NCBI RefSeq assembly: GCF_006345805.1
Contig: NC_042998.1
Coordinates: 129,952,001 to 130,016,000, forward strand
From: Octopus sinensis
Lineage: Eukaryota
Reading direction: 5' to 3'
Length of the DNA stretch: 64,000 nucleotides
Shown: positions 39,473 through 53,689 of the stretch, piece by piece
Layout: every line of letters begins with the position of its first letter
Numbering within the stretch: the first letter of the stretch is position 1
Position numbers and translations under genes: made by a program
Notes under the pieces: generated by a model
What the model was told of the DNA's origin: nothing
The model's input: the letters and a program-made list of their open reading frames with translations, nothing else
The model's database searches: none

Positions 39473-40495
39473 ATTCCTGTTTATTATTGTCATTCACGTT
39501 GTTAAAGTCAGATTTTTGCTGCCGCTGCTGCTGCTGCTGATACCATTTATCCCAAGTTCTTCCTGATCAAGCAGGCCCGGTGTCAAATTCTCTCCAGCCG
39601 TGACCATCCAGTCTTTTATTCAGAATCTCTACGTCTAGGGCTATATTACCCAGTCAGTTATTTAACACCTTCTAACAGCTAACAGGTGAAACTACATTGT
39701 AGCTTTTGTTTTTTTCGCTAGGTTGATAAAACTACGTTGATGTTGCTGGTATTGTTTGTAATGCAATTAAAGTGTACGGTTATTGCAGTTATTATTGTGC
39801 AATGATGAGATCACCACCACCACCACCACCACTACCACCACCACCATCATCACGATCTTCTTCTTCTCCTCCTTCTTCTTCTTCTTCTTCTCCTTCTTCT
39901 TCTACATATATCCTCTTTCGTCTGCTTATTTCTTTTTTTTTAAATGGATGATGAAAGAAGGTTTTCTTTTCACTTTCAGCAGAGAGTGTGTTTATATATT
40001 TTTTAATATATTTTACTTTATTTTCAATCGTTATTTTTATTTATTTCTTTAATTATTTGGCCGCCAGCTAAAATACACACCATTGAAATCATGTTGAATA
40101 ATTTGTATTAAGAGAACGGAGTGTATTTGCAGAAATCTTCAATCAACATTAATTTAATAGATTCGCTTGTGGATGCGACTGCAATTAAATGGTGCTAAAT
40201 AGACACACTCTGTACGCACATACACAGTTATATACACAGAGTAAATATACGGGCACTAATACTACAGCGAAAGGAAACATACACAGATACAGAAGAACAT
40301 GCATAAATACACATAAATTGCCTCAAATAAATAAATATATTCTATATGTGTACACCCACACACCCACATACACACTCACGCACGCACACACGTACAAACA
40401 CACATACACATATATACATATATTCTGATATATATGTGTATATTTATATATATATATGTGTGTGTGTATGTGCCTGTAGGTATTTACATGAAACA

Positions 40496-40566
<71 letters not shown>

Positions 40567-40691
40567 GTACATTTATGTACATGCATATACATATAATTAC
40601 ATATGCCTATATATATTTAGTATTTTCGCTTGTATATGAATGTGTGTCGTGCATGTGCTTTTGAAGATACATTATATATATATATATATAT

Positions 40692-40742
<51 letters not shown>

Positions 40743-41352
40743 TATGTATATATATACATATATACATATATATTTCAATATATATATGTGCGTGTGTATG
40801 TGTGTAGATATATCTCTCTCTATATATATCTATCCATATATGTATATATATATACACACATATATTTTCATCAATATTTCCTACTAATATATGTGCTTTC
40901 TTCATTAATATAGACTCACACACCTTACACATTTATGTAAACATACCAACTCTTATACGAATAAAACAGAAGGCTAACATTCCAATCATCTTTAATTTGC
41001 TGGGTCGTGTGAATAGCGTCTGGAAAACGTGAGTGTGAATAACCCTCAAGACTGTAATTACTAACTGTGACAAACTGCATAATTAAGGTGAATACGCACA
41101 CACACATATATAAACAGGTATGTATCTTTCAGATTTTAGTACGATTAATCCACATCAAATGTATTCAAAGCGTACAAGACGTTTTTAAGATGGTGATACT
41201 AGATAACGTTTTGGTTATTTGCAAGAAATACTCAACACAGGATACCTGCTAAATTTCAGATATGGTTCTCAAAAGCTCTACTAGTTATTCTACAGAGGTA
41301 AATACAATAATGTCTGTGTGTGTATATCTGCTTAAGTATCTTTGCAGTTACA

Positions 41353-41420
<68 letters not shown>

Positions 41421-43816
41421 TATATATATACAACACCTATTCATACATACACAGATATGTGTATAAACGCACACACCTACACGCAGTGTCGCGTGAATGC
41501 ACACATGAGTACGCTTGTTTGTGCATGCGTGCCAATGTATATTCGCTTGTGAGTGTGTGTCTGCGCATTCTTGGTTTTAAGCCGTACCAAAGCAAACTGT
41601 ACCTTTCATCATTCACAAGATCAATAAACAACAGACAATGGTAAATATAGTGATGGTGATGGTGGTGGGTGGACACATCCAACAGAACGGACAAGACGGC
41701 TAAGATTTCATCTTAGACTCACTCTTCTTGTGATCACTTTAGAAATGCTACTAATTTCTTTTGCTCTCTTTCTGTCTCTTTTCTTTCAATCACTCCCACT
41801 CGATCTCTGTATGTACGTATTTTCCCCTCTCTGTAGGTATCTCCCTTTATTTCTATCTTTCATTCAGTATAAATCATTTCTACTAAATGAGAAATGGTCC
41901 ATTGGGTCATTGACACCATTCATCACAAGTACTGAGAGATATCAGACGGCACTTTGATGGCTAGATCTGACGGTATTACATGTGCTTATGTCTTACACTT
42001 TGGTCTTTCCCTTTCAATGAAATTGAACTTCGGAGATCTTGTTTCAAGATTGAAATCTAAAGAGTGAAATAAAGTAGCTAAAAATATATAAATATATATT
42101 TGTTATTGGCTGTATTATGCATATAAAATAGAAAGAATGTTAAAGAAGCAGAAAAACACAAGAAAGAAAATGAAAGAACGAATGATTTCAAGAACTCGTT
42201 ATATTGATGTATGGGCTTTTACGTCACCAAACGAATCTCGACCTAAATCCTTTCTCTCAAGGTGAAATGCGTTGGCTAAGAGGTCAAACCAAAGAACGGT
42301 TCCATTCTGACTTGGTAGTATATAATGCGCATAATACCTTTCATTTCCTCCTCTATTTTTTTATTACTCTATTTTCGAGTGATTTAAAGGAGAATTTTTT
42401 CTACATCCCTATGATACAGTATTGCAAGAAGTGACCACAATCCGTGAAAATGTACAGTAAAGTAATACCAGATTAACTGATAAGAATATATAATTATTCT
42501 CAAGAAAATACTAATGGAAATGTAATCCGGATCAAAATTTTTTTTCTTGAATTCGAATCTGTTATAATGCTGATCATCAAAGATAAAAGAAAAGTGGTGA
42601 CTAGTTTTGCCTAACTTATAGACGATGACGTGCATATAGTTAATAATAGGTAAAATACCAGTAATCGAGAGGATGATTGTCATCTTCACAGGGAGAAGAA
42701 GTTAAGCTTTAGATGAAATACATGCTTTTATAAAATCATTGTTTTCGTTGTATAACAAATGGAAACACACTTCTGGATTTAGGTTTCATTAGAGAAAGTG
42801 TTATTGGTAATATACGTTTCTTCTTTCTTTAAAAGTACAAGAGACTTGATATATTTCGTGAAAGAAACTAAGCAACTAAGCAAGCTGTGTTGTTTCTTAT
42901 TTCATAAAGAGCATCAGCAATATAACTTAGAAATTGTTGTCATGACATTAAATTTCATTTTTAATAAGCTTAAGGGAACGATGCACAAAATAGAACCATC
43001 GTCGTACTAAGATAGTTACTGTTATTGGTATAAACTCAAGACTTCAAAACTAACGAAGTATTCATGATTAATACAAAGCATCTATGCCATTTGCAATTAT
43101 GTCGTTTTATAACAATGTCATTCACTTATCAGTTATAGATAGCAACGGAAACCCCATAAACATATTAATTTACCATCTTAAATGAAGAAATAATTTATCA
43201 TATATTTATGAAGATAGGATGATCACCGTTCAAGTGCGGTTGATCTTCGACTTGATAGATTAAATTGTACCTGAGCTTCAACAACAAAAACATATGGATG
43301 GACTAGAACAACGATTATTGCGTCAGTTAAACTACATTTAGCAGTTCTTTGAAATCCCGGAGTTGCAATAACTTCCACCAGACTCACCGTGATAAATTCG
43401 AGATTGGCAACTGAAATCAATTCTAGCATTTTCGATTGCGATTATATTGAAACGGTAGAGCGTCCAATAGAATACCAAATGCTATTTGTTCGTTATCTAT
43501 CTGAATTTAGTTGAAATACCAGGGCGGTTAGCGACGCTCCTCATTCTTTCAGTGTTGGATGGGGGTGAGCGATAAAGTAGTGAATATGTCGCAGTGTCGT
43601 GGGATGCCTTCTAAGGCTTGTACCAGCTTTATGCTGCTATAGTCTACTTTAGTAGTACACTTTGTGTGTCGCCTCGTTTAGCACATCAACCACGCCGTTA
43701 TTAACATCATGTTGCATTTAAAATATGTGAAACGTCATTTGAATTTCAAGACTAGGACTATTGTCTCGTTATATGTATATGTATGTGTATGTATACACAC
43801 AAACACACACATGCAC

Positions 43817-43847
<31 letters not shown>

Positions 43848-44014
43848 CACGTAAAGTCATTCGCCACGTCAAAGTGTCTGTTCCATATTGGTACTAGTTT
43901 AATCCCAGGGGGATTGTCCGCCAGCAGGCTATCGGTGCGAAGCTTCACCCTCTCTATATAATATGTATTACTAGCAGAAGAGGGGCCCCAACCATCCTCT
44001 AGCAGACAGCAGGA

Positions 44015-44063
44015 TCGCGTGACTGACTCAGTTTCGAGCTGCTTGGTTCATCCTCAGTCGCGT
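44015..44063 (-). ncRNA. Degenerate minimal type I hammerhead motif
   Basis: Minus strand reads acgcga-CTGAGGA-t-GAAC-caagca-GCTC-GAA-ACTGAGTCAGT-C-acgcga: canonical core, stem II with one mismatch, near-palindromic stem III, GUC triplet, CGCG stem I. Confidence 0.5.
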
Positions 44064-44329
44064 GGCTCCTAGAAAGATAGTAAGGGTTCGCTGCCACCAG
44101 CAATATATTGTAAAGAAAGTGGTCACTGATTTGCAACAAGCAAAATAGCTAGTCATAAAATCTCAAGAAGAGATCATGTGTGTAGTAACTATGTGTGTGT
44201 GTGAATATATATATATATATGGAACAACATCGCAATAGAGGGCATTAAAGCGTTCAGATAGATAGACGATACAAAGGCGGACAAGAGAAACAACAATTAG
44301 GACAGGCTAAAAAGATGGGTCATTCTTTT

Positions 44330-44820
44330 CTTTCTTTCTTCAGTCAAGTACCAGAAGTCACAACCATTTCGGACAGTTTCACTTGAGATGGTTCGATCTG
44401 TTGAACCCAAAAAGGATAAGCTAAGATCTTTAGACCCTTTTGTAAGAAAGCTAGCGAATGTGTACAGCAATAAAGACAAAAAACAAACAAACAAACAAAC
44501 AAAAAAACGTCGAACATGTTACAGAATTACGAATATAAACAAGAAATAACAGCAGGTGTCTTTCGACTGAGAACGATTCAAATTGAACTGGCGTGTATGG
44601 AGTGAAAGCGTAAAGGCAGGAACACGGGAGATGGACACAAGACGTGTTGACGGTCGGCAGTTAGGCCAAGAAAGAAAGATCATGGTCACGTGGAAAGAGG
44701 AGAAATGGGTACGGGACAGCGGGATTGAAGGATTAGAAAAAAATCAAAGGCAGAGATGCAGGGGAGATAAACGAGCGGGAAATAGTGGGAGTTAAAGAAA
44801 GAGGGCGAAGAAATGTGAGA
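44330..44820. repeat. Dispersed repeat related to window positions ~1-420
   Basis: Shared words in the same order: CTTCAGTCAAG (10-20 and 44338-48), AAGCTAAG, GAAAGCT..GAATGT.TACA, CAGG.GTCTTTCGA, GA.CTGGCGTGT, then a purine-rich tract. Confidence 0.6.
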
Positions 44821-44930
44821 GAGGGGGAGCGAGAGAAAAGAAGATAGAGAGAATAAAAGATAGAGTAAGAGTCGTACAAAATTTAGATACCTACCTACTA
44901 TAAAGTGAGCACAAGGGTGTACGTACGCCG

Positions 44931-44973
<43 letters not shown>

Positions 44974-45000
44974 ATGTGTGTGTGTGTGTGTATGTGTGTG

Positions 45001-45184
45001 TGTGTATTTGTCCCCTTCCACCATGGCTTGACAACTGATGTTAGCGGTTCGGCAAAATAGACCGACAGAAGAATAAGTACTGGGCTTACAAAGAATAAGT
45101 CCTGGGGGTCGATTTGTTCGACTAAAGGCGGTACCCCAGCATGGCAGCAGTCAAATGACTGAAACGAATAAAAGAATAAAGAAT
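45001..45184 (+). mobile_element. Family A SINE, 3' half only
   Basis: TTTGTCCCC...GCGGTTCGGCAAAA...GACTGAAAC, starting at the internal microsatellite. Confidence 0.85.
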
Positions 45185-47061
45185 ATATGTATATGCTTGT
45201 ATTAGTGTGTGTGTGTGTGTGTGTGCGGCGTCTGCTGCCTTCATGTTTCCTAAATAAACATTCAATTAGAGATAAATGTTAACTGAATTTTCTGCTAGAA
45301 ATTGAAAACAAATCCTAACCATAGAGCCAACTTAAAGTTTACAAATACTATATTCAATTTATATGGTCAATTGAATATAAAGATCAGTATATAATTAGTG
45401 GTAAACATTCTATATATACTGATAAACAAAAGACAACTTTTTAATTATTTTCAGTTCAGACATAATTGCGAATCAAACTATCGTTATGAATTTAATCCGG
45501 GACACTCATATATTCTCGAGCTTGTTCCTGCGTATTATATTGATTTCTTTCGATTAAGCATAACATCAATTGTGAAGTGACAGAGATGTTTAGTCTTGCA
45601 TCCGTTTGTGTTCTGCGTTCATATAAATTCGTGGAAATAACGTAAGTTATGATTGTGAAATCGATGAAATCATTTCATACAACCCATGTATGGCATTGAT
45701 CAAACGGAAGAATTTTCGAAATTTATAGGCACTCTTCAGAATATCAGCTTGATAGAAAGGGATATAATAATACATAAGAGACAATTCTCACGCGACTACT
45801 TGTGTGATCCAAAGCAAAGCAGCTTCTTTTTTTACTATGTCAAAATAAACAAAAGCTGTAGTTCATATAACCAAGTGCAATCGAATGTATTTGAAAGGTT
45901 AAACATCTAAAAAAAAAACTTCCATGTCAAAGGGGTACTTTATAAACCCCAGCACACAAATGTGAATCAAAATACTTTTGTAGACACGGTTCACCATGGG
46001 TTTTACCTTTTGTTATATGATTTTAGCCGTATTTCAATCGACGAAGTGAACTGAGCATCAATGTGGAAGGATAAACATAATGAAGAAGCAAGCAAACCTA
46101 GAACAATATTTTTACATTATTTATATACATGCATTTCAATCGTTGTATACTTTCATCTGGATTTTAACTCTCTGATAATCTAATCTTCAAAGTGAACATT
46201 CTATTAGATAATCGACTATATGCTCTGATATCGCTTATTCATTTGACCCATCGATACGTCAGTGCATAAATTCATATCTCATCGGTGCAATGGGATATGT
46301 ACTCACTAACATCCGTTTACACCTCACTGTATATATATATATATATTTCTATATTTTTATGTGTAGGTGGTGGATGATTACATGGATACAAAATCACGTA
46401 ACCACGCACATGCATATAAAAATACACATGTGTGTGTATGTGCAATGGTATCTTGCGTATATGTCTGCATGTGTGCACGTACCTGAGTGTGAGACCTTCG
46501 AATGTTCTCTAATGATGCGTAAGGCGAATGAATAATCAATGCATACAAACGCACGTACTAATCCCTCCATCTCTGTGCCCCTCACACACATTCTTTCCTT
46601 ACTCGTTCTCTCTTCTACACTCGCCGTCTCATCCGCTGTAAACTTCTTACTAGGGCACAATTGTAACAGTAATGTGCCTATGTCATATTTATTATCATTA
46701 ATTATTGAAATCATCTATCAAAATAAAGCAGTGTACAGAATGATAAGCACATTAATTCATTAACGTTAATGTAGCTGTTAGCTCAAATTAAGCAAATCTC
46801 AAATGCTTCAAAAGACTGATATGTTATGATCAGATTATTAGTTAGGATTGAAAATGCATTTTCTTTAAATTCATAAGCAATGTACCATTCAATCTATCGC
46901 TGTACATAACTGTCATATGAAAGGAAATAAATGTTTATGATTGTGTTGAAGTTACACACACACACACACACACACCCTCTCTCTCAAACACACACATATG
47001 TGTATGTAAGTGTGTGTGTGTTTTATATGTATATGTATACATGTATGTATGTCGGTCGGTT

Positions 47062-47270
47062 CCAGCTCGTATCTGAGCATTGGGTTCCATCCACTCTCCT
47101 CTGCTGATGTTTGTGCCGAAAGTGACTTCGGAGTCCAAGTCGGTGGTGAAAGAGTCGTGGGCAGAATTCGCACGGGATGGTCGGTGCAGAAAGACATATC
47201 TTTCTTCTCCTGCATTTTGCCTCCTCCTCATTCTGTTGTCTGTTTCTGCTCGAAGGAGCAGGCTCCATTG
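47062..47270 (-). mobile_element. RTE-like LINE 3' end fragment with C2H2-type motif
   Basis: EEEAKCRRRK...IPCEFCPRLFHHRLGLRSHFRHKH matches the KR.RRK...C..C.R...SRIGL.SH C-terminus of RTE-clade ORFs; flanked by microsatellites. Confidence 0.65.
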
Positions 47271-47293
47271 CATGTATGTGTGTTTCTAGTTGC

Positions 47294-47334
<41 letters not shown>

Positions 47335-48627
47335 TATATATATATATATATATATATATAACTAAATGAAACTGAAGTAGTCCTTCAGTAATTCGAGTGC
47401 TGTATATAAACAGAGCTGTATACTGAGATGCTCACAAACATAACCTTTATACATTATTCAAAAGCTTACTCACCACTTGCAAGCGTGTGTGACCTGTTAG
47501 CTTGTACCGCACATTAGTAAGTTGTTTTTGATGAGTGAATCGTATCCAGCAGACTTAGACACGCTTTCGACCCTCACACAACCGATCCAGAGTAACTTAC
47601 ACCGGTTTTACTATAGCTTTTTCTGTTGGAACTCAGAAGATGTAGTTTCTACTTTGTAGTTCGAGGAGTAGAACACTAGGTGCTATTATTTGCCTGAAAA
47701 ATACAGAATGGGAGTATAGTATAATGTTCTGTAAGGTTACCTTTTAGAAAACACAAATATATGCTCGGATTCTTGTGTATTTATCATATGTGATATCTGT
47801 GCTTTTTAAGGGGAAATGACACAGAAACCTCGTCGCAGTTTCGATTTGAGCAATTAATATTTTGCTCAGAATTTGATTATATTTAATTTGCTTTATCTAT
47901 GTTTGAACCTGTTCTCATAATTGTATTTTAATTTAGATAATAATTAATTCACACCAGTGCATCATGTTAATTATATTAGATTCAAATTGTTCAATTTACA
48001 TATATAATACTGGTTTTCTTTGAACAATTTAGTTAAATATTTTAAATAAGACACAACAACGGTTAATTAGTATAATTGACTTTTATTTGACTCATACTTC
48101 GTCATTGTCACAGAAGGTGTCACTTATTAGATCTGCTCGTTTCACTGTGTTTTGTTTACCGAAGCATAATAAAATAATATTACATGCTAACTTGTTGTTT
48201 TTAATGATTTCATTGCTGCACTCTGTTTATGTTAACATTCACATTGCTCTTTTGCGTCATTTATTTTATTCTTTGCCTCCTTTCAAGCTTCTCGTGAAAT
48301 TCTTGAAGTTTTTTTAAACACCATAAACTAGCAGCGTTACGAGCTCATACAACCCCCTGCTGACAAGGTGGTCGTTTTGTTTCTCCTCAAGAATAAGCAT
48401 CACGCTACACTAGATAAAACAGAAACCAGATAACGTTCCTATAGTGATAGGAACGAGGAAATAAAATACAGAGAATATTTTTAAAAAGTAACAAACTCTG
48501 AGATAAATTTGTAGCAAATAACATGCTTTCTTGTAACTGCAGTAGAGTCTTCACCAATAAGAGGGAGAAAAATCAACTGTAAATCAATTAAATCCGCTCT
48601 TCATCAAAACACAATTTATATAATAAT

Positions 48628-48842
48628 AATGGTTTCAAATTTTGACACAAGGCCTGAAATTTTAGGGGAGGAGGTAAGTCGATTACGTCGACTCCAGTAC
48701 TACTGGTACTTAATTTATCGACCCCGAAAGGATGAAAGGCAAAGTCGCCTCGGTGGAACTTGAACTCAGAAGGTAGAGACGGACGGAATGCCGCTAAGCA
48801 TTTCACCCGGCGTGCTAACGAGTCTGTCAGCTCACCACCTAA

Positions 48843-48896
<54 letters not shown>

Positions 48897-49327
48897 CCTT
48901 TCTACTATAGGCACAAAGCCTGAAATTTGTGGGGAGGGGTAAGTCGATTATATCGACTCCAGTTCGAACTGGTGCTTATTTAATCGACTCCGAAATGATA
49001 AAAGGTAAAGTCGACCGCGGCAGAATTTGAACTCAGAAGTTAGAGACGGACGAAATGCCGCTAAGCATTTTATCCGGCGTGCTAACGATTCTGCCAGCTC
49101 GCCACCTTAAATAATAACAAAGATAATCCATTCTACTGTAGGCACAATGCCTGAAATTTGGGGGGAGGAGTCGACCTCAGTAATTGACTGGTGCTTAATT
49201 TATCGACTCCGAAAATATGAAAGGCAAAGTCGACCTCGGTGGAATTTGAACTAAGAACATAACGACGGACGAAATACCACTAAGCATTTCGCCCAGCGTG
49301 CTAACGCTTCTGCCAGCTCGCCGCCTT
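48628..49327 (-). mobile_element. Three head-to-tail family B SINE copies (48628-48841, 48895-49108, 49125-49327)
   Basis: The family B core occurs three times, separated by TAA-rich runs. Confidence 0.92.
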
Positions 49328-49491
49328 AATAATAATAGTTATTATGAAGAAGCGCAAAGCAATTACATTACCATCATCATCATCATCATCATCATCTTCT
49401 CCCGCTTCCTTCTCCTCATCATCATCACCAGTCATAAGCAAAATCAACTAGATTAACAAGTCAGTGAACGACAATATTACTTATTGCAATT

Positions 49492-49710
49492 GGGTGGCGA
49501 ACCGGCAGAATCATTAGCACGCCAGGCAAAATGCTTGGCGGCATTTCGTCCGTCTTTCATTTCAGTGTTCAAATTCCACCGAGTCAGCATTGTCTTTCAT
49601 CTTTTTGCGGTCGATAAAATAAGAACCAGTTGAATACCGGGAGTAGATGTAATTGACTTAACTCTCGCCCGAAATTGCTGGCCTTGTGCCAAAATTTGAA
49701 ACCAATAATA
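49492..49710 (+). mobile_element. Family B SINE, inverted relative to the preceding array
   Basis: GGGTGGCGAACCGGCAGAATCATTAGCACGCC...GTTCAAATTCC...CCTTGTGCCAAAATTTGAAACC. Confidence 0.88.
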
Positions 49711-49951
49711 TAGATTATTGAAGCCGCTTCGCCACCATCGACACCACCATCAACACTACCATCACTACCAAAGATATCAACAAGAGCTGAGGTAATAAAA
49801 CCCCCGTCGAAGATCTTTACACGCTAGAGATAATAACCAATCTCCCTCAAATCACTATCGCCATCTTTATATAAGGACAGAATGCATTAAATATAGTGTT
49901 TATGGTGTATACCAATAAAAGACTTGATAGTCACGACTGGAATGTTATTTA

Positions 49952-50346
49952 GGAGTTGCTGTGTGGTAAGTAGCTTGCTTACCAACCGCATGGTTTCGGA
50001 TTCAGTCCCACTGTGTGGCACCTTATGCAAGTGTCTTCTACTATAGCCTCGGGCCGACCAAAGCCTTGTGAGTAGATTTGGTAGACGGAAACTGAAAGAA
50101 GGCCGTCGTATAAATATATATGTATGTGTGTGTGTTTGTGTGCCTGTGTTTGTCCCCCCAACATCGCTTGACAACCGATGCTGGAGTGTTTACGTCCCCG
50201 TAACGTAGTGGTTCGGCAAAAAGAGACCGATAGAAAAAGTACTAGGCTTACAAAGAATAAGTCTTGGGGTCGGTTTCCTCGACTAAAGGTGATGCTCCAG
50301 AATGACCGCAGTCAAATGACTGAAACAAGTAAAAGAGTAAGAGAGT
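49952..50346 (+). mobile_element. tRNA-derived SINE family A
   Basis: Full-length match to the 33562 copy. Confidence 0.9.
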
Positions 50347-51044
50347 AATATGCCTGTTCCCAAAAGGTTCAGTATTAAAACAATAATAGCGAGAACAAAA
50401 TCTATATAACAAACCTTGAAAGAAACAATAAGAACGAGCGAGACAAATGATTTTTATAAAACGTGAATGAAACAAAAAAGCAAAAGAAAATGTAAACCAT
50501 GCAAACAACCTTCAAACAAACGAAAGAAATGATATAAAATAACCATATCAAATACAAAAACGTTAGGAAACAAGAAGTGAACAAAAGAGAAGGCAAAACC
50601 TCCTCAGTCAGATCAACAATGTTTTTCCTAGAGCTATAAGACAGTATGGTGCAAATGGTAAAGATGTCATTAAAATCGAACATTATTATGAAAATATGAT
50701 ATCTACGACCAATATCGACATCTTCTCTTTACTTCCTAATTGAAAGAAGCGAATTTAATAGAAGGAATGAAGAAACGAATATTATAGCTGGAAGAATAGT
50801 GAATGAAGACAGGAACGCAGTGTAAAAGAACCTTATTAAAGTATAGGAGAAAAATATCATGAAATGCTGCAAATACGTAAGTAATGAAATTTAGGATCGA
50901 CAGAATGAAGGAAAGATGATTTTAAGGAAGACAGTAAGGAAATTTGAAAAAATTATTTTATCTTTTAGACAAAAGGAAGTTCCAAGGCTATGACTATTCC
51001 AACCATCCAACTTCATATATACGTATTTATGTATATATATACGT

Positions 51045-51360
51045 AGAGGCACAACGGCTCAGTGGTTATAGCATCGGACTCACGGTTGTGGGATCGCGGT
51101 TTCGATTCTCAGACCGGGCGTTGCGAATGTTTATTGAGCAAAAACACATTAAGCTTCACGAAGCTCCGGCAGGGGGTGTTGCCGCACCCTGCTGTACTCT
51201 TTTACCACGACTTTCTCTCACCCTTTCTTCCTGTTTCTGTTGTACCTGTATTTTTGAAAGGGTCAGCCTTGTCACACACTGTGTTACGTTGAATCACCCT
51301 GAGAACTACGTTAAGGGTACACAGGTCTGTAGGTTGCTCAGCCACTTACACATTAATGTA
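51045..51360 (+). mobile_element. tRNA-derived SINE family C
   Basis: AGAGGCACAACGGCTCAGTGGTTATAGCATCGGACTCACGG...GTTTCGATTCTCAG; body matches the reverse complement of 5021-5389. Confidence 0.85.
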
Positions 51361-53054
51361 TGTATCCGGCAACTGAATACTAACGGTCAGCTTCAGAAAT
51401 TAACACGTGTAGTCAACCATGAAGAATAGATCAAAGATACAGCCAAAGAAAAGAACATTTTAAAATGCCAGCCAGTACCATCCACTATCATACATAGCAG
51501 CCCGACAAACGCACTTTCGTGGCACGCACCATGTATATGCGAGCCGCTAATAAATTCAAACCACGACGTGCAGAGATGAACTTGAAGTAGATAATTTTAA
51601 ACAAACGGAGACAAACCTTGTATATCGCCTGAGGAAACACAACTAGAACTCATTATGCCATCAAAGAGTTGCATAATAAAGTACCTGTATTCATGATGAG
51701 CTACGTGCGTCGAAACAATTGTAGCGAAAACTAAATAAATGAATAAACGTACTCCTTTCTGACTCCGGTTTCTTTAATTTTATATTTACACACGACGAAT
51801 ACGTAAATTTAAACTTAGAAGTATTTAATAATACTACCGATAGTACTGGGTATTTCTAAAGGTAGACGAGCTTTACACTACACTACCACGCTTTTAACAG
51901 AATAAGACATATATACATATATGTGTCAAAAAGACCTGACTATCGGATGTTATTATACTCTTCTAGGCAGTGCTCCAGCATGGCCGCAATCCTATGATTA
52001 AAAAAACTTTTTAAAGAATGTTCAAAAGAAATCCTACACACAGTAACAAACGGACACACACAAATTCTGATTTCACTATTTCTCATTTTACCGGTTCATT
52101 GTTTTGTTTCGCTAAAATCTGTTAACAAGTGAAGATGGTTTACAGGGTATCTTTTTCTTTGATAATGAAGTATAATCACTGATGAAGTATTAAGTATTAT
52201 CTCCAAATAACCATGTCAACCGATACAGGAGTTGATATTCTTCCTAAACAGCCATTTAATCCCTTGATAATTTGCTGGGCCTTTAAATGACTAAAAGCAG
52301 GAGGGACATACAATTGCGCTGACATTTAAAACACTATATTAGCTCAGCGAAGTGTTCCGCTATGATAGACAAGTAGGAAGACATTTGGTAATTATGGAGG
52401 CAAGATACGTTCCGATGCTATGCTGGATGTCAAAACTACAGAAGAAATTATCCTGTTCTGCTTGTCAACTTACGGAGTTAAGCTATGGCATTTGATGGGA
52501 CACAGCTACTAGAAAAACATACAATCGAAAGAAAGAAATAATAAAATGCTTTCTCAGATAAGTAAATAAGCATGAATAATTTTCACCCGGTGAATAAATG
52601 AAACCTAACTATTAAGTTTGGCGACAAGAGAAATGGTATGATGGTAAGCATCGTGAATTGCAAATAAACTCCAGAAGAGATACGAGCATTACCCGCTTTC
52701 AACCCACTATTGAAACGATTTCTCTCCACTTTTGCAAACATTATAGTAATTTTATTTTGTCTACGTGTATGTTTGTTCAACAGTAAATACTAAATTTGAG
52801 GATGTTGGAATTCTCCTTGCGTAAGTTAATTTGGCATAAGGAACGTGCAAAAGAACTTCGCAAAGCAGTTCAAGAGATTCGTTTGATTATACAAAACTTA
52901 CTACGATTATGTAATACTCCAAATGATTTTCAGATATGACGTAGAGCCCAAAATAGATCGTGTAGGAACAAGCCGTTTTAAGAAATGATCCTTCTTGTGT
53001 AAACGTTTGTTTCTTTTCTAGTATCTCTCCTGGATTTTCAGTGACACATAAAGA

Positions 53055-53092
53055 CACACACACGCAAGCACACACACGCACACACACACACA

Positions 53093-53150
<58 letters not shown>
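53055..53150 (+). repeat. (CA)n microsatellite
   Basis: Directly visible. Confidence 0.95.
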
Positions 53151-53151
<1 letters not shown>

Positions 53152-53219
53152 TGCACAAGCACACACGGACATATGGTTATAATGTTTAATAGGGCATATC
53201 TATAGATTTGTAAGTCAAC

Positions 53220-53530
53220 ATTGTGTCTTACGATATTTATAAAGACCTTCCTACTTGTAGATATATCAATACTAACAAAAATGTACTTGCCAAGGAATAC
53301 AATAAAGTTGCCCAGTATAAAGACCTAGAAATTGAAATAAGCAGGGCATGCCACTTACTTATTTCAAAGACGAGAACACTAGTAGTTGTGACTGAAGTAC
53401 AACGGGTCATAAAAACAATCAGTTGTTTTCTTGACTACATTCCCGGAAAAACCTAATACATACGAAGTCCTAAACATAGGACTAAACAATGCGGCTCACA
53501 TTCTCCGTAAATTCGTGTCCTTGTAATCTA
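53220..53530 (+). mobile_element. R4/Dong-like C-terminal endonuclease fragment
   Basis: KVAQYKDLEIEISR matches KLSKYKDLEIEISK of the 7.9 kb element. Confidence 0.7.
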
Positions 53531-53689
53531 TATTTTCAAAAGCTGTAGTATTTTTTCATATTTATCTTACAAAATCGAACAAGATAAGATGTGGTGAACA
53601 ATAACATTACTCTACAACGCCTTCCCTACGTGAATGGTAGTCGCTCGGCAGGTACTTGTTATGTAATCAATATCAAAGGAAACTGGAGA

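Noticed and set aside
43223-43520. Minus-strand ORF with a faint cadherin-like look, plus a GTGAGT donor at 43387 and a nearby TTTCAG acceptor
   Set aside because: No cadherin signature such as DxNDNxP or LDRE; isolated splice-like words are expected by chance. RNA-seq would be needed.
47023-47295. C2H2 zinc-finger host gene exon
   Set aside because: A single finger in the context typical of RTE LINE C-termini, flanked by microsatellites; called as a LINE fragment instead.
48628-49327. CRISPR-like or satellite array
   Set aside because: The units are ~200-bp diverged SINE copies in eukaryotic DNA, with no short repeat-spacer structure.
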